The notes beneath the pieces are model-generated. The model saw only the letters and a list, made by a program, of their open reading frames with translations. It was not told where the DNA came from and searched no databases. The position numbers and the translations under genes were made by a program. Below, one piece after another: positions 19,001 to 28,183 of a stretch of 64,000 bases of DNA. The stretch is from Endomicrobium sp. (GTDB taxonomy: Bacteria; Elusimicrobiota; Endomicrobiia; Endomicrobiales; Endomicrobiaceae): positions 8,732 to 72,731 of the forward strand of contig JAITTL010000027.1 of the NCBI GenBank assembly GCA_031286985.1. The letters run 5' to 3'. Within the stretch, counting starts at the first letter, position 1. Each line of letters opens with the position of its first letter.

Positions 19001-20230
19001 CTAATCTAAACCCGTAAATGACGGATATGCGCTTTCTCCGTGTTCAGACACATCCAATCCAACGAGCTCTTCCCTCCTTCCAACTCTAAGAGGCATTAAA
19101 GCTTTAACTATTCCGGCACATAAAAAAGTACCAAAAACTACGATAACCAAAGTTACAAGCATACCTTCAAGTTGGGCAAAAAATTGGGCGAATTCTCCAT
19201 AAATAAGGCCAGGGCGCCCCCCATTGATACTTGGATTTGCAAAAATGCCGGTTACTATTCCGCTCCAAATACCTCCTATCCCATGACAGCCAAAAGCATC
19301 TAAAGCATCGTCTATCTTAAATATCTTTTTTACTAAAGATATTCCACAGTAACATACAGGGCTTACCGTTATACCAATTATGAAAGCAGCCCATATATCG
19401 ACAAAACCTGCAGCGGACGTGATGCCAACTAAACCGGCAATAACACCGGTGCAAGCTCCTATAAGCGTAGACTTCCCTGTTTTCATTATATCCAAAAAAA
19501 TCCATGCTAACATTCCGGTTGCTGCAGATATAGCTGTTGTCATAAATGCATGAGCAGCTAACCCATTTGCAGAAAGAGCACTACCAGAATTAAAACTAAA
19601 CCAACCAAACAACAATAAAGCCATCCCCAGGAATACAAAAGGCAAATTGTGCATTCTATATGAAATCTGCATATAGTCGACCCTTTTACCAATTAAAATT
19701 GCAAGAATCAACCCTGTTGTTCCGGAACTTATATGAACAACGTCTCCTCCAGCAAAATCCAAGGCTCCTATGGTCTTGCCTATTAGCCCTCCCCCCCAAA
19801 CCATATGAGCTAGTGGGTAGTAAACAAATATCGACCATAAACCTATAAAGAGAAACAATGCCTTAAATCTCATTCTTCCAGCTACAGAACCTGTTATAAT
19901 GGCCGGAGTTATAATAGCAAACGCCATTTGAAATGCGACAAAAGCAAGAGTGGGAATGGATCCAGTAAGCGAGTTAGTGTCTATGCCAAAAAGACATATA
20001 TGCTTAAGAGATCCTATAAAAGCATTACCGCTTTCCCCAAAAGACAAAGAATAGCCAACCAATGCATACAGTGTTATCCCTAGTCCAATTATGAAAACGG
20101 AATTCATTAAATTGTTTACTATATTTTTTCTACGCCCCATTCCACCGTAAAAAAATGCCAAACCTGGGGTCATGAGGATGACCAATGCTGCACAAACAAT
20201 AACAAAAGCTGTATCTCCAGAGTTAAACAT
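19001..20230 (-). CDS. amt: Ammonium transporter (Amt family)
   Basis: 409 aa polytopic protein. DFAGGDVVHISSG and GCHGIGGIWSG motifs characteristic of AmtB. Confidence 0.95.
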   Translation of the reverse strand: MFNSGDTAFVIVCAALVILMTPGLAFFYGGMGRRKNIVNNLMNSVFIIGLGITLYALVGYSLSFGESGNAFIGSLKHICLFGIDTNSLTGSIPTLAFVAFQMAFAIITPAIITGSVAGRMRFKALFLFIGLWSIFVYYPLAHMVWGGGLIGKTIGALDFAGGDVVHISSGTTGLILAILIGKRVDYMQISYRMHNLPFVFLGMALLLFGWFSFNSGSALSANGLAAHAFMTTAISAATGMLAWIFLDIMKTGKSTLIGACTGVIAGLVGITSAAGFVDIWAAFIIGITVSPVCYCGISLVKKIFKIDDALDAFGCHGIGGIWSGIVTGIFANPSINGGRPGLIYGEFAQFFAQLEGMLVTLVIVVFGTFLCAGIVKALMPLRVGRREELVGLDVSEHGESAYPSFTGLD

Positions 20231-20752
20231 ATCACTTCTCCTTTTTGATGTGAAAATATTGTTTTTGGTCCTTTTTGTATTCAGGTTTTGCTATTTTATC
20301 ATTTTTGCAAGGTAAAAAACACTCAAATGTTTAGTTTATATAAATTGGTGCTCTACGAGCAATTTTAGTTGTTCTGATGTATTCAATAATATATTTGCTA
20401 CAAAAACACCCATTGTAATTGCATTCAGATTTCATTCTGTGATCCTATATTTATGAATATTTTCATTTTTCACTCTTCTATTTTATTAAACATGGAATAC
20501 ATCTATTTTGGCTTTAATGCCTAGATTATGTTAGAGATGATAGGGATGTAAAATTGAGAAAAAAGAAAAAAATAGCAAAAAATATTATCTAAAGAAGTAC
20601 CCGATAAACTATAAGTGAAAGAAATGAGAGATTACGTTCATGATAACCAAGTTATGTCGAGGAATCCAATCAAAAATATTAAAACAAGAAATAATGTGTG
20701 GAAGGTGTGGAAGTATGGCAAATATAGTCTTTTGCTATGTAAAAAACAAAAT

Positions 20753-22132
20753 TTATTCTTGTCCAAGATATTTTATAATAGCCTTTGCAGCACGCTTGCC
20801 CATACCCATTGCCTCTATGACTGTACTTCCTCCAACAATATCACCACCTGCAAACACGCCACGAATAGAAGTCATATAGTTATCATCAATTAAAAGATAG
20901 CCGCGATCATCAGTATTTAGTCCCTTAGTGAGCGTTGGTAAAATTGGATTGGGGTGTAATCCCAAAGCCAAGATAACCATATCTGTTTCTATTATATAAT
21001 TTGACCCAGCAATTTCATTTGGATGTCTCCTTCCTGAATTATTGTATTCACCAAGCTCCATTTTTATACATTCAACCGCTCTAACAAATTTTCTTTCATC
21101 ACCAATAAACCTTACGGGATTTGTCAGCGGTATAAATTCTACTCCTTCCTCTCTTGCATGTATCCGTTCTTCCTTTCTTGCAGGCATTTCACTTTCAGAT
21201 CGTCTGTAAATAAGTTTTACAGTTTCCGCCCCAAGACGTATCGCTGTACGTGCTGAATCCATTCCAGTATTTCCTCCCCCAACTACAACAACATGTTTGC
21301 CTCTATGTACTGGAGTATCATAATCAGGAAAATTAAAAGCACGCATTAAATTCACTCGCACCAAAAATTCATTTGAACAATAAATATGATTTAAATTTTC
21401 ACCAGGTATTCCAAGAAATACTGGAAGACCAGCACCTACTGCAACAAATATTGCTTTATACCCATTATCAATTAACTCCTGTACAGTTTTGGTCCTACCG
21501 ACAAGAGTGTTTAAAATTATTTTCATTCCCATTTTCTTTAATTTATCTATTTCTTTGTTTAAAATTTTTTTTGGAAGCCTGAATTCAGGGATCCCATAAC
21601 GTAAAACTCCGCCAGTGTCATGAAGAGATTCATAAATGGTGACATCATACCCCATTTTCAACAAATCACCACCGCAGGTAAGCCCTGCTGGGCCAGACCC
21701 TATAACAGCAACTTTTATATTGTTTTTTTCAATTACTTCATCATCATCATCATCGATATCATTTTTAACAATAATATCAGCCGCATAGCGTTCGAGATTG
21801 CCTATTGAAATGCTTTCCCCTTTTTTAGCTAAAACACACATTTTTTCACATTGATTTTCTTGTGGGCAAACTCTTCCACACACAGCTGGTAGATTATTCT
21901 TTTGGTTTAAAATTTCTATAGCTTTTTTTGGATTATTCTCGCAAAGGTGCTTTATAAATCCAGGAATGTTAACTTCAACGGGGCAACCACTAATACATGT
22001 TGGTTTTTTACACTGCAAACATCTTTTTGATTCAGCAAGCATCTCACAGTTTGTGTATCCAGCACTCACTTGCTCAAAATCATTTTTTCTGATTTGAGGA
22101 TCCCTCTCTAGTATTTTTAATTTTTGTGACAT
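20753..22132 (-). CDS. nfnB: NfnB / GltD-like NADPH-dependent oxidoreductase (glutamate synthase small-chain homologue)
   Basis: 459 aa. N-terminal Cys clusters (CLQCKKPTCISGCP, CGRVCPQENQCEKMC) and dinucleotide folds (VIGSGPAGL, VVVGGGNTGMD). 16-nt overlap with the upstream NfnA-like gene. Confidence 0.8.
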   Translation of the reverse strand: MSQKLKILERDPQIRKNDFEQVSAGYTNCEMLAESKRCLQCKKPTCISGCPVEVNIPGFIKHLCENNPKKAIEILNQKNNLPAVCGRVCPQENQCEKMCVLAKKGESISIGNLERYAADIIVKNDIDDDDDEVIEKNNIKVAVIGSGPAGLTCGGDLLKMGYDVTIYESLHDTGGVLRYGIPEFRLPKKILNKEIDKLKKMGMKIILNTLVGRTKTVQELIDNGYKAIFVAVGAGLPVFLGIPGENLNHIYCSNEFLVRVNLMRAFNFPDYDTPVHRGKHVVVVGGGNTGMDSARTAIRLGAETVKLIYRRSESEMPARKEERIHAREEGVEFIPLTNPVRFIGDERKFVRAVECIKMELGEYNNSGRRHPNEIAGSNYIIETDMVILALGLHPNPILPTLTKGLNTDDRGYLLIDDNYMTSIRGVFAGGDIVGGSTVIEAMGMGKRAAKAIIKYLGQE

Positions 22133-22962
22133 TTACAGTTTCCATTACATCTAAAATTATCTAGTGAAATTTTTTCAAGATTTTTAAATAAATTTTGACG
22201 CGACACAAGCTCTGCCCACTGTAGAGTATGAGCATCAAATTCTGGGCCGTCAACACAAGCAAATTTTATTTTACCATCAACAGTAACTCTGCATGCACCA
22301 CACATCCCAGTACCGTCAAGCATTATAGGATTCAAAGAGGCAATTGTTTTTATGCATTTTCCTTTTGTAAGCTCAGCCACAGATTTCATCATCTGTATGG
22401 GCCCTATAGTGTACACTAAATTTATATTTTCCTTATCCATAACATCTTTCAAAACGTCGGTAACAATCCCTTTTGTTCCATAAGTTCCGTCGTTTGTAAC
22501 AAAAAAAAGAGTATCACTTTCCTGTTTTAATTCATCTTCAAGTATTATTAAATCTTTGTTTCTTGCTCCAAGTATGGTGACAATTTTATTACCAATTTTT
22601 TTAAAGCCTTTTATAATTGGTAAAACTTCAGCAGCACCAACACCACCGGCAACAGCTACAACAGTTCCATACTTTTTTACTTCTGCAGGGTGGCCTAAAG
22701 GTCCAGCGAAATCTTTTATATAATCACCCTCATTAAGCAAAGCAAGTTGTGAGGTGCTCTTTCCTATTTCTTGAAAAATTATTCTCACCAAGCTTTCTTG
22801 GCAACTTACTCCAGATATTGTTAAAGGAATCCTTTCTCCCTTATCATCAATTCTAAGAATGACAAATTGCCCTGCTTTTGCGCTTTTTGCAACTTCAGGG
22901 GCATAAATTTCATAACTATGCACTCGTAGACCTATTTCATTTTTCTTTACGATTTTATACAC
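22117..22962 (-). CDS. nfnA: NfnA / ferredoxin-NADP reductase-like electron-transfer subunit (SudB/PyrK-like)
   Basis: FAD/NAD-binding PyrK-like fold with the C-terminal 2Fe-2S motif GTGMCGACRV...FACVDGPEF. The ORF track starts at TTG 22995. Family N-termini (MYKIVKK...) suggest the GTG at 22962. Confidence 0.75.
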   Translation of the reverse strand: MYKIVKKNEIGLRVHSYEIYAPEVAKSAKAGQFVILRIDDKGERIPLTISGVSCQESLVRIIFQEIGKSTSQLALLNEGDYIKDFAGPLGHPAEVKKYGTVVAVAGGVGAAEVLPIIKGFKKIGNKIVTILGARNKDLIILEDELKQESDTLFFVTNDGTYGTKGIVTDVLKDVMDKENINLVYTIGPIQMMKSVAELTKGKCIKTIASLNPIMLDGTGMCGACRVTVDGKIKFACVDGPEFDAHTLQWAELVSRQNLFKNLEKISLDNFRCNGNCKCHKN

Positions 22963-23030
22963 TTTGCAACCTAATCCAAAATTTTTTAAACACAACTTCC
23001 ACTAAATAATACAACATATCCATTAATCTA

Positions 23031-24878
23031 CTAAAACCTATAGCCCAATCCTGCTGTACAATATATATCTTTATACTTCTTTGCTGCTTCATATCTAACA
23101 TTCATATACATCCACACCCTTTCACTAAATTTGTAATTATATTCCACAGCTACTTCTCCTATATCCTTACTTTCTTCTATTCCTTTTACTTCTACCTCTT
23201 TATTACCTTTTCCTTCAAACTTTATCGCTGGATTTTCTCCATTCAGTATTCTCTTGTACTCTAAAACCAACCCTATATTGCCATTGCCTATGTTCATACT
23301 TGTCTTTACTCCCACTCTTGCTAATTCCCTGATATACTCCCCTTCCTTCTTCTTCATTATTTTACCTTCACTCTTCTTATGCTTTACTACTAATCCTTCT
23401 ATCCCTATGTATGGCCTTATATCAACACTTTCTTCAACTTTTACCTTTAATGCTCCCTCTATGTCCACTCCATAACATCTATCATCAAAATCCATTTTCT
23501 CTTCCTTCAATTCCTGACTCTTTAGTCTCGTATTATATCTATCCAATCCTATTCTTGCCAACCATTTCATCTCACATACTGAACCTATAAGACCTCCACA
23601 TATTCCTACTGCTGTGCTTGTCACATCTCCTTTATTGTCTTTCTGGCTCATATTGTGCTTGCTTCCCTTCACATACATTCCTAGTACAAATATGTCACTT
23701 ATATACCCATTTATTCCTATCACTCCTCCTGTCTGTCCATCCACATATTTCCCAGGCGATTTGTCTGTTCCATCATATGCCACATGATTGTATCTGATTT
23801 GTCCCCATACTCCATTACCTAGTTCCACTTTTTCCTCATTCTTTAACATTCCAATCTTATCAAATACTTCTCTCCTATCCACTTCACTACCTATACTCCT
23901 TATCATGTTGGCTATGAAACTTCCTCTTTCTTTCATTTCTTTTAACTCTTCTTCTGTTAGCCCTACACCCACGTCTTCTGACCCTTCTTTTGGCTCACTT
24001 GGTTCTTCTACAACAGATACTTGTTTCCCATCTTCATTCTTTGCTTCTATTACTTTACATGGCCCTTCTGGTCCAGGCGATGCTGATCCAATCGGTGGTG
24101 CTGACTCTTTTGGTCCAGGTGGTGCTGATCCAATCGGTGGTGCTGACTCTTTTGGTCCAGGCGACGCTGATCCAATCGGCGGTGCTGACTCTTTTGGTCC
24201 AGGCGACGCTGATCCAATCGGTGGTGCTGACTCTTTTGGTCCAGGTGGTGCTGATCCAATCGGCGGTGCTGACTCTTTTGGTCCAGGTGGTGCTGATCCA
24301 ATCGGTGGTGCTGACTCTTTTGGTCCAGGCGACGCTGATCCAATCGGCGGTGCTGACTCTTTTGGTTTAACTGCGGTAGCTTTTTTTGCTAGCTTTTCTA
24401 AGGTTTTCGAATCAGGTTTTTCTCCGAAACTATCCAAAGCATGTTTATAAAGGCTCCTGTCATCAGAAACGAAGTCAAATAAAGTCATTGACGATATAAA
24501 CTTATGTCTATCAACTGCTCCAAAAATGTTAAAGAGACCTTTATTTTTATGATGAGAGATTACTAGGTTCGTCATTTCATCAAGCCGGTGCCTTAAAGTG
24601 TCATTTTGTAAATACTCCTTAGCTTCTTCGACTGTTTTTATGGCATATTTACGACTATTATTGGATTCACCAAGCCCATCGATCTGTGGGAATATATACC
24701 ACATCCAATGACTTCTCTTTTTACCGTTCCTAAGTTCTGATACAGCTATGTCATACGTGCCCTCCGGATATTTTCCGTTTTGAGCTTCGATGAATCTACT
24801 AACATCGGCAGAACAAATAAGTGGCATAGTGAACATTACAGACACTACAAACAGTACATACGATGTAAATTTTTTCAA
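23031..24878 (-). CDS. Type Va autotransporter: signal peptide + DUF1810 passenger + 7x proline-rich 14-aa repeat + C-terminal beta-barrel
   Basis: 615 aa with a TTG start. Signal peptide MKKFTSYVLFVVSVMFTMPLICSA|D. Residues about 25-165 carry the DUF1810 hallmark (RFIEAQ...ELRNGKKRSHWMWYIFPQIDGLGES...YAI...EEAKEYL...SSMTLF). The repeat is KESAPPIGSA[S/P]PGP x7. The C-terminal roughly 300 aa look like an autotransporter beta-domain (NGVWGQIRYNH...GQTGGVIGINGY...) and end in ...GLGYRF. Confidence 0.75.
   Translation of the reverse strand: MKKFTSYVLFVVSVMFTMPLICSADVSRFIEAQNGKYPEGTYDIAVSELRNGKKRSHWMWYIFPQIDGLGESNNSRKYAIKTVEEAKEYLQNDTLRHRLDEMTNLVISHHKNKGLFNIFGAVDRHKFISSMTLFDFVSDDRSLYKHALDSFGEKPDSKTLEKLAKKATAVKPKESAPPIGSASPGPKESAPPIGSAPPGPKESAPPIGSAPPGPKESAPPIGSASPGPKESAPPIGSASPGPKESAPPIGSAPPGPKESAPPIGSASPGPEGPCKVIEAKNEDGKQVSVVEEPSEPKEGSEDVGVGLTEEELKEMKERGSFIANMIRSIGSEVDRREVFDKIGMLKNEEKVELGNGVWGQIRYNHVAYDGTDKSPGKYVDGQTGGVIGINGYISDIFVLGMYVKGSKHNMSQKDNKGDVTSTAVGICGGLIGSVCEMKWLARIGLDRYNTRLKSQELKEEKMDFDDRCYGVDIEGALKVKVEESVDIRPYIGIEGLVVKHKKSEGKIMKKKEGEYIRELARVGVKTSMNIGNGNIGLVLEYKRILNGENPAIKFEGKGNKEVEVKGIEESKDIGEVAVEYNYKFSERVWMYMNVRYEAAKKYKDIYCTAGLGYRF
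24070..24363 (-). repeat. Seven tandem 42-bp in-frame repeats inside the autotransporter gene
   Basis: The unit GGTCCAGG(C/T)G(A/G)(T/C)GCTGATCCAATCGG(T/C)GGTGCTGACTCTTTT starts at 24070, 24112, 24154, 24196, 24238, 24280 and 24322. Copies differ only at 3-4 positions, giving a Ser/Pro alternation in the protein. Confidence 0.95.
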
Positions 24879-24893
24879 TTTTTAAGCCCTGTT

Positions 24894-26327
24894 CTAATAT
24901 ATTTTAGAGCTTCTAATCGTAATAAAATTTTTCTTCCCAGCCTTAACATCAACACTTACGTCCTTAGACTGTAAAATTTCTCCATCGCTTCCTAAGAAAT
25001 TAACCTTAAGGGTATGTAATCCTTCAGGCAAATAAAATCTTGCCATCAAAACTTTATCTGGCAAGGTATGCCATGCACGTTTATCAGAAACTTCTGAAAG
25101 AGAATTGTACGCATTGAACGCAATTTTAGACAATAACCCCAACGCCTTATTGCCCTCCTTTTCAATGGCTTGTGAACAAGACTTGCCTATAACATATTTT
25201 ACTGCCGCCCTTGCCAAGGTTTTTGCATAGATTTTCGTGATATCGGCATCAAGGCATTTTTTTGCAACATTGCTCAAATCTTGAACCAAATTGCTTTTTA
25301 TTTCTAGATCACCATTTGTAATACTAAAAGAAACTATTTTATTTTTAAAATCTCTATACTTTGGGAAGGAAACTTTTATGTAGTCATTTGCAAAAGCAGA
25401 AATTCCAATAGATTTTGCTTGTGCAAAACTCCGTTCATCACCACTACCCACTTCAGCGATGCCAACATAAGCCCATGCATCAGACAAAGCAAATTCTAAT
25501 ACAGTTTCTATTTTTTCTGGGACAATCCCATTATAATTGATAACCACACACTCTCCACAACCGCTGGGAATCATGCATTTGCATGCTTGTGGATATTCCT
25601 TTTTTATTTCATACGCTCTATCTTCCATACCCAAAAGCAATGCCGACGTATATGCGTCATCGATTAATTTTTTCGGCACAGCAATTTCTGCAATTCCATT
25701 TTTATAAGCTTTCAGTGCTTTGTAATATGAGATATGTGCGTCGTTGATATCTTTAGCATTTTCATATACAAAACCCATTAAATATCTTATGAAGCCATCA
25801 TCTTTATAAAAAATTTTATAATTTTTCTCAATCTGAAGAGTTTTAAAAAGAGTATCTACTTGGCGCGCTTCCACAACAGCTTCATCATTTTGCCCAGATA
25901 AAATATAATCTAAAGCTTCAAAAACATGCATATGAACTCTTTCAAAATCTTTTCCATAATACGGCAATGTATTATCATTGAAGAACATAGACGCAACACC
26001 AGCAGTTATGCTTTTTTGATAATACTGTGCAAACATTTTTTTCGCCTGTTCAAAACTTTTCAAACTCGTTTCATAATTGCTTGCGAAATGGTTTACTATA
26101 CCTGAGTCTAAATGGTACATAAGAACATTTTTTTTGCCATATGTACTCTCAGATTTATCTACAAATTTTGCAGCTTCTCCATAATCTCCAGCATCTAGTT
26201 TTGTTCTTAATTTTTTATAGTACCCTGTTAAGTTATGAGCGCACCCTCCTAAAAAAAGCCCAGCCATTACAAACAACACCGACACAACAAGAGTATATAG
26301 TTTTTTTACCGTTATAAACTTGTACAT
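24894..26327 (-). CDS. Large lipoprotein of unknown function (helical/TPR-like N-terminal half)
   Basis: 477 aa. Lipobox LFLGGC at residues 25-29. Only 15 bp from the autotransporter start and 14 bp after the LpoB-like gene. I recognise no catalytic motif. Confidence 0.6.
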   Translation of the reverse strand: MYKFITVKKLYTLVVSVLFVMAGLFLGGCAHNLTGYYKKLRTKLDAGDYGEAAKFVDKSESTYGKKNVLMYHLDSGIVNHFASNYETSLKSFEQAKKMFAQYYQKSITAGVASMFFNDNTLPYYGKDFERVHMHVFEALDYILSGQNDEAVVEARQVDTLFKTLQIEKNYKIFYKDDGFIRYLMGFVYENAKDINDAHISYYKALKAYKNGIAEIAVPKKLIDDAYTSALLLGMEDRAYEIKKEYPQACKCMIPSGCGECVVINYNGIVPEKIETVLEFALSDAWAYVGIAEVGSGDERSFAQAKSIGISAFANDYIKVSFPKYRDFKNKIVSFSITNGDLEIKSNLVQDLSNVAKKCLDADITKIYAKTLARAAVKYVIGKSCSQAIEKEGNKALGLLSKIAFNAYNSLSEVSDKRAWHTLPDKVLMARFYLPEGLHTLKVNFLGSDGEILQSKDVSVDVKAGKKNFITIRSSKIY

Positions 26328-26341
26328 TTAGATATGCCTAT

Positions 26342-26947
26342 TTAGGCTTTATAACGTCTTCTAGAAATTACTTTCTTTATTTTTTCTTGACCCATCCAAA
26401 CAATTCTATTTGATTCTAAATCTATAACTTCAAGTTCAACTTGATAATATTTCAGCTGAGCTTTTTTATTGGCATCAAGAATTGAATTGATCTGCCCGTG
26501 AAGCATAAAATCCGCACCCAGTTCCATACCGTGGCTTTTCGCAGTTCCAATTTTTGCATTAATGGCCTGATCGCTTCTTTCAGATCTTATTTCAGCACGT
26601 TGCCCTTTTGAAGCTACGAATACAACCTTTCTAGAAGTTATTAGATATTTTTCAAGATCTTTTACAAAGGTTTCTGTGCTTATATGTTCTTCTGTTTTAT
26701 TCAATACAGGACCTATAATAAGTCTTGGTTTTCTACCACTTGTTTCTATGAATTCCATGATCCATTGATCTGCAAACGCGTCCCCAATCATCTTCTGAGC
26801 AACCTGCTGAGAATCGGTATCATTCCAAAAACCACTTAAATCAACCCCTTCATCTGATTCAACTCTTGTAACCTTAGGGACACAACTACAAAACAGCGCC
26901 AAAAGTAACCCAACGGCAGAATACGCTACAATTCTTTTCAATTTCAT
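26342..26947 (-). CDS. LpoB/YcfM-family lipoprotein (penicillin-binding-protein activator LpoB-like)
   Basis: 201 aa. Signal plus Cys (LLLALFCSC). The pattern [18 protein letters not shown]...[11 protein letters not shown]...[13 protein letters not shown]...[18 protein letters not shown] is typical of the YcfM/LpoB family. Its ATG overlaps the tyrS stop (ATGA). Confidence 0.65.
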   Translation of the reverse strand: MKLKRIVAYSAVGLLLALFCSCVPKVTRVESDEGVDLSGFWNDTDSQQVAQKMIGDAFADQWIMEFIETSGRKPRLIIGPVLNKTEEHISTETFVKDLEKYLITSRKVVFVASKGQRAEIRSERSDQAINAKIGTAKSHGMELGADFMLHGQINSILDANKKAQLKYYQVELEVIDLESNRIVWMGQEKIKKVISRRRYKA

Positions 26948-28128
26948 TTTTTTCTCCCATAATAGATATTCATTGGCACGACTCTTTTAAACTTTCTTTT
27001 ACCAGCTTGAACAATAAACGCTTTTTCGTATCTAACAACAAAATCCTCACCTAATTTTTGCGAATCTATTTCTACGCCTCCTTGTTCTATAAGACGTCTC
27101 GCCTCATTTTTGCTTGATACCATTCCACTTTTAACAAGAACATCAGATAATTTCATTCCATCCTGTTCCATAACATATTCTTCTATGTTATCTGGAGTAT
27201 TTTTCTTGACGATAACTCTATCAAATTTTTCTCTTGTTTTCAAAGATTCTTCTTTTCCGTAATATCTTTCTACTATTTCTTGAGCAAGTGATAATTTTGC
27301 ACCCATAGGATGCATATTTTTGATAATATTTAAATCTGCCTGCGTAAGAAGTTCATAATACCTATACATAAGGGGATCAGAGATTGACATCATTTTGCCA
27401 AACATATCTGCAGGAACATCGTTTAAAGCTATGTAATTGTTATACGATTTTGACATTTTCCTTACACCATCTGTTCCTTCCAAAAGAGGCATTGTGATCA
27501 CAACCTGAACATCTTTAATTCCGTGATCTTTCTGTATCTGTCTGCCAAGTAAGAGATTGAATTTTTGATCGTTCCCACCAAGTTCTACATCTGCATTTAA
27601 AGCTACAGAATCATAAGCCTGCAGCAAAGGGTAAAGAAACTCCACTATGCTTATAGGTTTGTCTTCTTTATATCTTTTTTCAAAGTCATCTCTAACAAGC
27701 ATCTGAGCTACTGTGCTTTTTGAAGCAAGGTCCAAAAGCCCGCTCACACCTAGACTTTTCAGCCATGTGCTGTTGTAGACAACTTCTGTTTTTTCTTTAT
27801 CAAGAATCTTAAATACCTGATTTGTATAAGTCTTTATATTTGTCTCTATTTGCTCATCTGTCATAACAGGACGAGTTTGCGATCTACCGGATGGATCACC
27901 TATTTTAGCTGTAAAATCTCCAATTAAAAATATTATTTTATGCCCGAGATCTTGAAAAATTTTTAATTTATTAATAATGACGGTATGCCCCAAATGTAAA
28001 TCCGGAGCTGTAGGGTCAACTCCAAGTTTTATTCTTAACTCCTTTCCTTGACCAAGCTTTTTTTCAAGTTCGTTGATACAGATGACCTCACTCGTTCCTC
28101 GTACAATCTTTTTTAATACCTCTTTCAT
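26944..28128 (-). CDS. tyrS: Tyrosine--tRNA ligase
   Basis: HIGH motif (PDLHLGH), KMSKS motif, C-terminal S4-like domain. The ORF track starts at TTG 28161. A GAGGAAGAG Shine-Dalgarno precedes the ATG at 28128 (MKEVLKK...). Confidence 0.9.
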   Translation of the reverse strand: MKEVLKKIVRGTSEVICINELEKKLGQGKELRIKLGVDPTAPDLHLGHTVIINKLKIFQDLGHKIIFLIGDFTAKIGDPSGRSQTRPVMTDEQIETNIKTYTNQVFKILDKEKTEVVYNSTWLKSLGVSGLLDLASKSTVAQMLVRDDFEKRYKEDKPISIVEFLYPLLQAYDSVALNADVELGGNDQKFNLLLGRQIQKDHGIKDVQVVITMPLLEGTDGVRKMSKSYNNYIALNDVPADMFGKMMSISDPLMYRYYELLTQADLNIIKNMHPMGAKLSLAQEIVERYYGKEESLKTREKFDRVIVKKNTPDNIEEYVMEQDGMKLSDVLVKSGMVSSKNEARRLIEQGGVEIDSQKLGEDFVVRYEKAFIVQAGKRKFKRVVPMNIYYGRKK

Positions 28129-28183
28129 CTCTTCCTCAGGAGTTGACAAACTAAAAAACAATCACACATACACAGTAAAAAAA

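Noticed and set aside
19791-19797. A C7/G7 homopolymer inside amt, unusual in such AT-rich DNA and a possible slipped-strand switch.
   Set aside because: It encodes the conserved WGGG segment of Amt proteins. A run of 7 is short for phase variation, and nothing else suggests contingency behaviour. The A8-A9 runs in the tolA-like and ftsX-like genes encode Lys runs and were dismissed for the same reason.
20396-20412. A sigma54-like GG-N10-GC element (TGGGTGTTTTTGTAGCA on the minus strand) about 170 bp upstream of amt. A similar element, TGGTGCTCTACGAGCA, lies on the plus strand near 20347.
   Set aside because: Only the GG/GC dinucleotides match and the flanking consensus bases do not. The second site faces away from any gene. 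The chance expectation is too high to call.
20615-20893. 92-aa and 79-aa plus-strand ORFs at the 3' end of nfnB.
   Set aside because: Both run antisense into nfnB, have no Shine-Dalgarno sequence and have an odd composition. The 520-bp spacer is left unannotated.
24070-24363. Regularly spaced repeats that could be taken for a CRISPR array. The same applies to the 102-bp repeats at 56970-58299.
   Set aside because: The units are directly abutting with no unique spacers. They are in frame within long ORFs, and no cas genes are present. They are coding tandem repeats.
23788-24450. Three repetitive ORFs: 220 aa and 126 aa on the plus strand, and 97 aa on the minus strand (24050-24343). Their products are GGADPIGGADSFGP-, LLVQ- and HHRLDQ-type repeats.
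   Set aside because: They are alternative-frame readings of the 42-bp tandem repeat inside the autotransporter gene. Only the KESAPPIGSA frame is continuous with a signal peptide, a DUF1810 domain and a beta-barrel.
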